A stretch of 63,954 bases of DNA, filler included, from Craspedostauros australis (Eukaryota), in assembly GCA_030167865.1 (NCBI GenBank). It is 10 parts of 10 records of this genome, joined end to end, with 100 filler letters (N's around TTAATTAATTAA, not from the genome) between each part and the next. Parts side by side here need not be neighbours in the genome. Positions count along the whole stretch, not along the records: positions 58,816 to 60,969 come from JALAGF010006187.1; positions 61,070 to 62,267 come from JALAGF010006188.1; positions 62,368 to 63,954 come from JALAGF010006192.1; 7 more parts are not named here. One strand, given 5' to 3'. The position numbers and the translations under genes are program-made. The notes under the pieces were generated by a model, which saw only the letters and a program-made list of their open reading frames with translations, ran no database searches and was not told the origin of the DNA. Positions 58,816 through 63,954 of this stretch are shown one piece after another; position 1 is the first letter of the stretch; every line of letters starts with the position of its first letter.

Positions 58816-60969
58816 ATTCGGGTGGTTCGACTTTGTGTGGTACATGAATCTCCAGGGAGCAAACATGAACACAAAACATCTTGGTCGCTACCTCGGTCCA
58901 TCAAAGGCCGTGGGTGAAGCGATGTGCTCGTACATTCTCACATCTTCAGGCGCTGTTGTTTCTAAATCCTCTGTCATTCCTTTATCCGATGTCGACCTCA
59001 ACAGTGAAGTAATGAAGCAGCAACAATCCGACTTCATGTCCAATCTACAAAATAAATGGAAAGATCGAATGGAAGGCATCAAGCCAGGGGACGACGGAGA
59101 CGATGTCGACGACACAGCCGAAGACATTGCATTCCTGGAACAGACTACATCATTGGAACCTTTGATTGAGCCAGCTGACGCCGACGAAGACGCATANGAT
59201 CGATACCTGTCNGCTCGAGTCAAGNTACCTNCGGGTGATGACATCCAATTTGGTACTGTGAAGCGCCGAAANCGCGATGCGAGCGGGAAGCTGATTGGTC
59301 ACTCACATTCAAATCCACTTCTTGACACGTCCATGTATGAGGTTGAATTTGTCGACGGGCACAGTGAAGTGTTCAATGCGAATCAGATCGCAGAAAATAT
59401 TTACGCACGAACAGACGACGACGGATACACGACGCTCCTGATGGAGGACNNNNNNNNNNNNNNNNNNNNNNNNNNNNNNNNNNNNNNNNNNNNNNNNNNG
59501 AGCCAGCTGACGCCGACGAAGACGCATATGATCGATACCTGTCCGCTCGAGTCAAGTTACCTGCGGGTGATGACATCCAATTTGGTACTGTGAAGCGCCG
59601 AAAGCGCGATGCGAGCGGGAAGCTGATTGGTCACTCACATTCAAATCCACTTCTTGACACGTCCATGTATGAGGTTGAATTTGTCGACGGGCACAGTGAA
59701 GTGTTCAATGCGAATCAGATCGCAGAAAATATTTACGCACGAACAGACGACGACGGATACACGACGCTCCTGATGGAGGACATCATTGACCACAAGCGAC
59801 TTCCTACTGCAGCAACCGCTGATGACAAGACAGCTACGAAGACAACAAAGGGATGGAAGCTGTGTGTGTTATGGAAAGACGGATCTACATCATGGATTCA
59901 TTTACGAGATGCCAAAGAAGCTGATCCTGTGAAGACAGCCGAATACGCAACCAACAACCAGCTCACCAATGAGCCTGCCTTCCGATGGTGGGTTCCTTAC
60001 ACAATGAAGCGACGCAACCGCATCCTGATGGCCAACCGCAAACGATACTTCCGACGCAATGAGAAATATGGTCTTGAATTACCGAAGAGCGTCGAGCGAG
60101 CTCTTGCGATTGACGAGGAGACAGGAACCGACTTCTGGCGTAAAGCATTAGAGAAGGAGATGAAGAACGTTCGACCAGCATTCGACATCAAAACAGAAGA
60201 CACGAAGCCACCAGTCGGATACACCTACATTGCATGTCACATGATCTTCGATATCAAAGTCGACCTCACTCGAAAGGCACGACTTGTGGCAGGCGGTCAC
60301 ATGACTGAAGCACCATCCAGCATAACATATGCCAGTGTGGTGACACGCGAAAGCGTTCGAATCGCATTCCTCTTGGCGGCGCTGAACGATCTCGATGTGC
60401 TTGCGGCAGATGTGATGAATGCATACCTCAACGCGCCATGCCGCGAACGTGTCTACACAACATGTGGACCTGAGTTCGGGGCAGACGCAGGGAAGGTAGC
60501 AATAATCTGTCGCGCACTCTACGGGCTCAAGTCAAGCGGCGCTGCCTGGAGGGCGCACCTTGCAGAGACACTGCAAAACTCACTCGGATTCACCTCGTGT
60601 CGTGCAGACAGCGATGTTTGGATGAAGCCAGCAGTTACGAGCGATGGGTCTGAATATTACGAGTACATCCTCGTGTACACTGATGACATTCTGGCGATCT
60701 CCAAAGATCCCAGCGCGATACTCTCACACATTGGTTCTTACTTCTTTCTTAAACCCGCTTCGATCGGTCCACCAATAACATACCTCGGCTCTACAATCGC
60801 TCCGTTCCATCTCACAGCAGAACCGGAGCGGCCAAAGTGGAGCATGGGATCCCAGCGATACGTCCGCGAGGTCACGAAGATGGCGCAGAAATGGCTTGAG
60901 GCCCGTGGCGGTAAATTCCGTACCAGCGCGAAAAGCGTCATACCAAACGGTTACCGTCCAGAGCTTGAC
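58816..60969 (+). mobile_element. CoDi-like Ty1/copia pol: post-integrase region, chromodomain-like segment and reverse transcriptase
   Basis: LGRYLGPS, IIDHK...KGWKLCVLWKDGSTSW, RKARLVAGGH, ADVMNAYLNA, RALYGLKSSG, LVYTDDIL. Confidence 0.95.
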
Positions 60970-61070
60970 NNNNNNNNNNNNNNNNNNNNNNNNNNNNNNN
61001 NNNNNNNNNNNNNTTAATTAATTAANNNNNNNNNNNNNNNNNNNNNNNNNNNNNNNNNNNNNNNNNNNNC

Positions 61071-62267
61071 GCCTTCGAGGCGGTGTGGGGATGCGAGGGC
61101 ATGCTGAATGGAGGAGGAGATCCTCATGCAGCTTGGGTGGCCCTCGGTCGCATCTACGAGCAGCGCACTGCGCCTATGAAGGCAAAGTTGCTGGCGGAGC
61201 TCAATGCGATGCGATTGAAGAAGGGAGAGAATNNNNNNNNNNNNNNNNNNNNNNNNNNNNNNNNNNNNNNNNNNNNNNNNNNNNNNNNNNNNNNNNNNNN
61301 NNNNNNNNNNNNNNNNNNNNNNNNNNNNNNNNNNNNNTGCCGCGAGTACGAGATGGACGTGAAGCTGCTCGAACTCAAGTTCCACGGAAAGGAACGAGAG
61401 ATGACTGTGGGCGACATCCGCAAAGCTGTGAGCCTTACCTACGACCGCCACCATCTCAAATATGGTTATAAGCGCGCAGGCAACAGCAACAACGAGGAGC
61501 TCGCTCTGTTCGGAGCTGGACAGTTCAAGGGAAACTGTCGCAACTGCGGTGCCTACGGGCACAAGAAGGCGGANNNNNNNNNNNNNNNNNNNNNNNNNNN
61601 NNNNNNNNNNNNNNNNNNNNNNNCCGCGAAGCTGTGAGCCTAACCTACGACCGCCACCATCTCAAACATGGTTATAAGCGCGCAGGCAACAGCAGCAACG
61701 AGGAGCTGGCTCTGTTCGGAGCTGGACAGTTCAAGGGAAACTGTCGCAACTGCGGTGCCTACGGGCACAAGAAGGCGGACTGTCGTGCACCAGCCAAGGG
61801 AGGCAACAACAACAAGAAAGGCGGTGGGTCCAAGAAGAAGGGCAACCACGCCGATGCCAAGGGCGGATCCAAGAAAGGCGGATTCGACGGCAAGTGCAAC
61901 TACTGCGGAAAGGCAGGGCACAAGATCATCCAATGCTTCAAGCTGAAGGCAGCAATGAAGGAAGCTGAGAGCGCCAATATGGCGATGGATGGCGACGACG
62001 CGATGGACGATATGGCACTCGTCATCGCAGACGGTGCATTCGTTGAGATCGACGATCTTGATGAAATCGAACTCGAAGATGGACTCGAAGAGGATCTCTT
62101 CGAAATCATGGAGTCGTTTCCTTCAGCCGAGAGAGTCGAATCGCCAATCAACGAAGACATCCGTGACCTCATGAACGACGACTTGCTCGAATCAGACGAG
62201 AGCATCGGGGTCACTGAAGTCGCAATGCCAGGGGTCGATGTCAACAATGCGCCACCAGCGCAAGAAG
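61071..62267 (+). mobile_element. Ty1/copia gag with two zinc knuckles, related to 42200-43926
   Basis: RIYEQRTAP, YEMDVKLLELKF, CRNCGAYGHKKADC, CNYCGKAGHKIIQC. Confidence 0.88.
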
Positions 62268-62387
62268 NNNNNNNNNNNNNNNNNNNNNNNNNNNNNNNNN
62301 NNNNNNNNNNNTTAATTAATTAANNNNNNNNNNNNNNNNNNNNNNNNNNNNNNNNNNNNNNNNNNNNGACGTCGCTCGCGACCTGTT

Positions 62388-63954
62388 CTGGCGAGGTGGT
62401 TGTTGGCACTCCTGTCACCGGGTCGATGTGGTCCTTGATCGCGTGGATTCCATGGGAATGGTATCGGTGCCGGAACTGGTCGTTGATCAGGTACGCCATG
62501 TCGTTTCCAAGGAGGTGGGCATGGATTTGGTGTTTCACCACTTGGAAGGATGCNGCATCACTCGTGAATTTGACGGAGTCCGGGATGGGGCGTCGCTTCG
62601 TTAGCTTGGCCTGGGCGACTGGNGGTTCGCTGCGGGTGGATCCTCGATGTGGTGTATACCCGGGTTCGTGTTGCCCGTGTGGGGTGTTCGGGCCCATGTT
62701 GCGAGGGTCATGTCTTCCGAAACCTCTGTTGGGATCGGTTGGGCGGTACTCATACGCGGGTGGTCGTGGTGGATACCCGGGGTGAGGGGGTCCGACAGGG
62801 GTGAAGGCTCCTTGCGGCATTGGAAAAACTCCGGCTCCATGGGGAAAATGGCCCATGGGGATNNNNNNNNNNNNNNNNNNNNNNNNNNNNNNNNNNNNNN
62901 NNNNNNNNNNNNNNNNNNNNNNNNNNNNNNNNNNNNNNNNNNNNNNNNNNNNNNNNNNNNNNNNNNNNNNNNNNNNNNNNNNNNNNNNNNNNNNNNNNNN
63001 NNNNNNNNNNNNNNNNNNNNNNNNGCTTGTCCCATGGTTCGCGGGTGGGTTGCTGGCAGGGTTTCGGTTCACGGGTTCGTGCCCGTTGTTGCCTCGATAG
63101 TTACTCACGCCATGTGAGGCTGGGGTATCCGCGGTACCGTGGTAGGGATGCGGGTTCCGATCGTGGGGTGGGCGGTTCCCGTCGTTCTCTGGGTAGTTCA
63201 TCCGGGGTGGGTTGGTACCTCCTGGGCCTCCGGCGGTCGTTTCGGGGGCNNNNNNNNNNNNNNNNNNNNNNNNNNNNNNNNNNNNNNNNNNNNNNNNNNN
63301 NNNNNNNNNNNNNNNNNNNNNNNNNNNNNNNNNNNNNNNTTGGGTTGCGGTTGTAATCGCCGATCGTCGCGGGGTCTACGTTGGGGAAGAGTCGGTTCCG
63401 TCCTGTGGGGCCGCGGTTGTCGGTTACGTCTACGGTTTCGTCGTTACCAGGGCGTTGGTCGTAGTCAGTGCCTGGTTCGGTGTCTTCGTTGGGCGGAGTG
63501 GTATCACGGGTGTCGATGATCACTGGTGACGTGTTTTGTGATCCTTGCTTGGCGATGCTGGAGAGTTGGGTTTCGTTCTGGAAGTTGGGTGGGGTACGGT
63601 GCGGNNNNNNNNNNNNNNNNNNNNNNNNNNNNNNNNNNNNNNNNNNNNNNNNNNNNNNNNNNNNNNNNNNNNNNNNNNNNNNNNNNNNNNNNNNNNNNNN
63701 NNNNNNNNNNNNNNNNNNNNNNNNNNNNNNNNNNNNNNNNNNNNNNNNNNNNNNNNNNNNNNNNNNNNNNNNNNNNNNNTGGCGTTTGCCGCATCGTTCG
63801 GAACGGCAGAAGTCTGCCATGGCTTTGGCGGTGGTGTCCGTGTCGGTGAACATCGCGTCAAGGGTAGATTCAAGAGTGGATTCCTCTTCAACTTCGATGG
63901 ATCTGACCCATTCTCCGATGTGGTAGATGAGGAGTCCTGTCTCGTAGTTCCTTG
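62388..63954 (-). mobile_element. Probable gag-like ORF of an LTR retrotransposon (Pro/Gly-rich, gapped)
   Basis: A long Pro-rich frame leads into FQVVKHQIHAHL...YLINDQFRHRY..HG, reminiscent of diatom retroelement gag. The scaffold is heavily gapped like the other repeats. Confidence 0.5.

Noticed and set aside
3600..62323. Recurrent TTAATTAATTAA as a biological motif, and gene neighbourhoods across it
   Set aside because: Artificial scaffold linker; sequences on either side are not known to be adjacent.

Overview
Eukaryotic DNA, very probably a diatom draft genome. The evidence is GT-AG introns, receptor-type cyclase/phosphodiesterase fusion genes, a signal-peptide SET-domain gene, CoDi-like Ty1/copia elements and R/K-x-L-motif secreted proteins. 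The window is a concatenation of ten separate scaffolds joined by artificial N-TTAATTAATTAA-N linkers, so neighbourhood across linkers is meaningless. The only gene-rich scaffold (3656-33752) holds a tandem pair of three-exon receptor guanylate cyclase-PDE genes bracketed by two paralogous coiled-coil/MORN genes. It also holds ECO1, a secreted SET-like gene, a Cys-rich secreted precursor with apparent processing sites, and several orphans. The rest is mostly transposon debris: copia gag/pol/LTR pieces with nested insertions, PIF/Harbinger-like elements with CWG target sites (one complete MITE), a mariner-like transposase, a tRNA-like element, a decayed argA fragment, and a Cys-repeat gene with an in-frame TGA exactly at a repeat Cys position. 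All family calls come from motifs recognised by eye; no searches were run.
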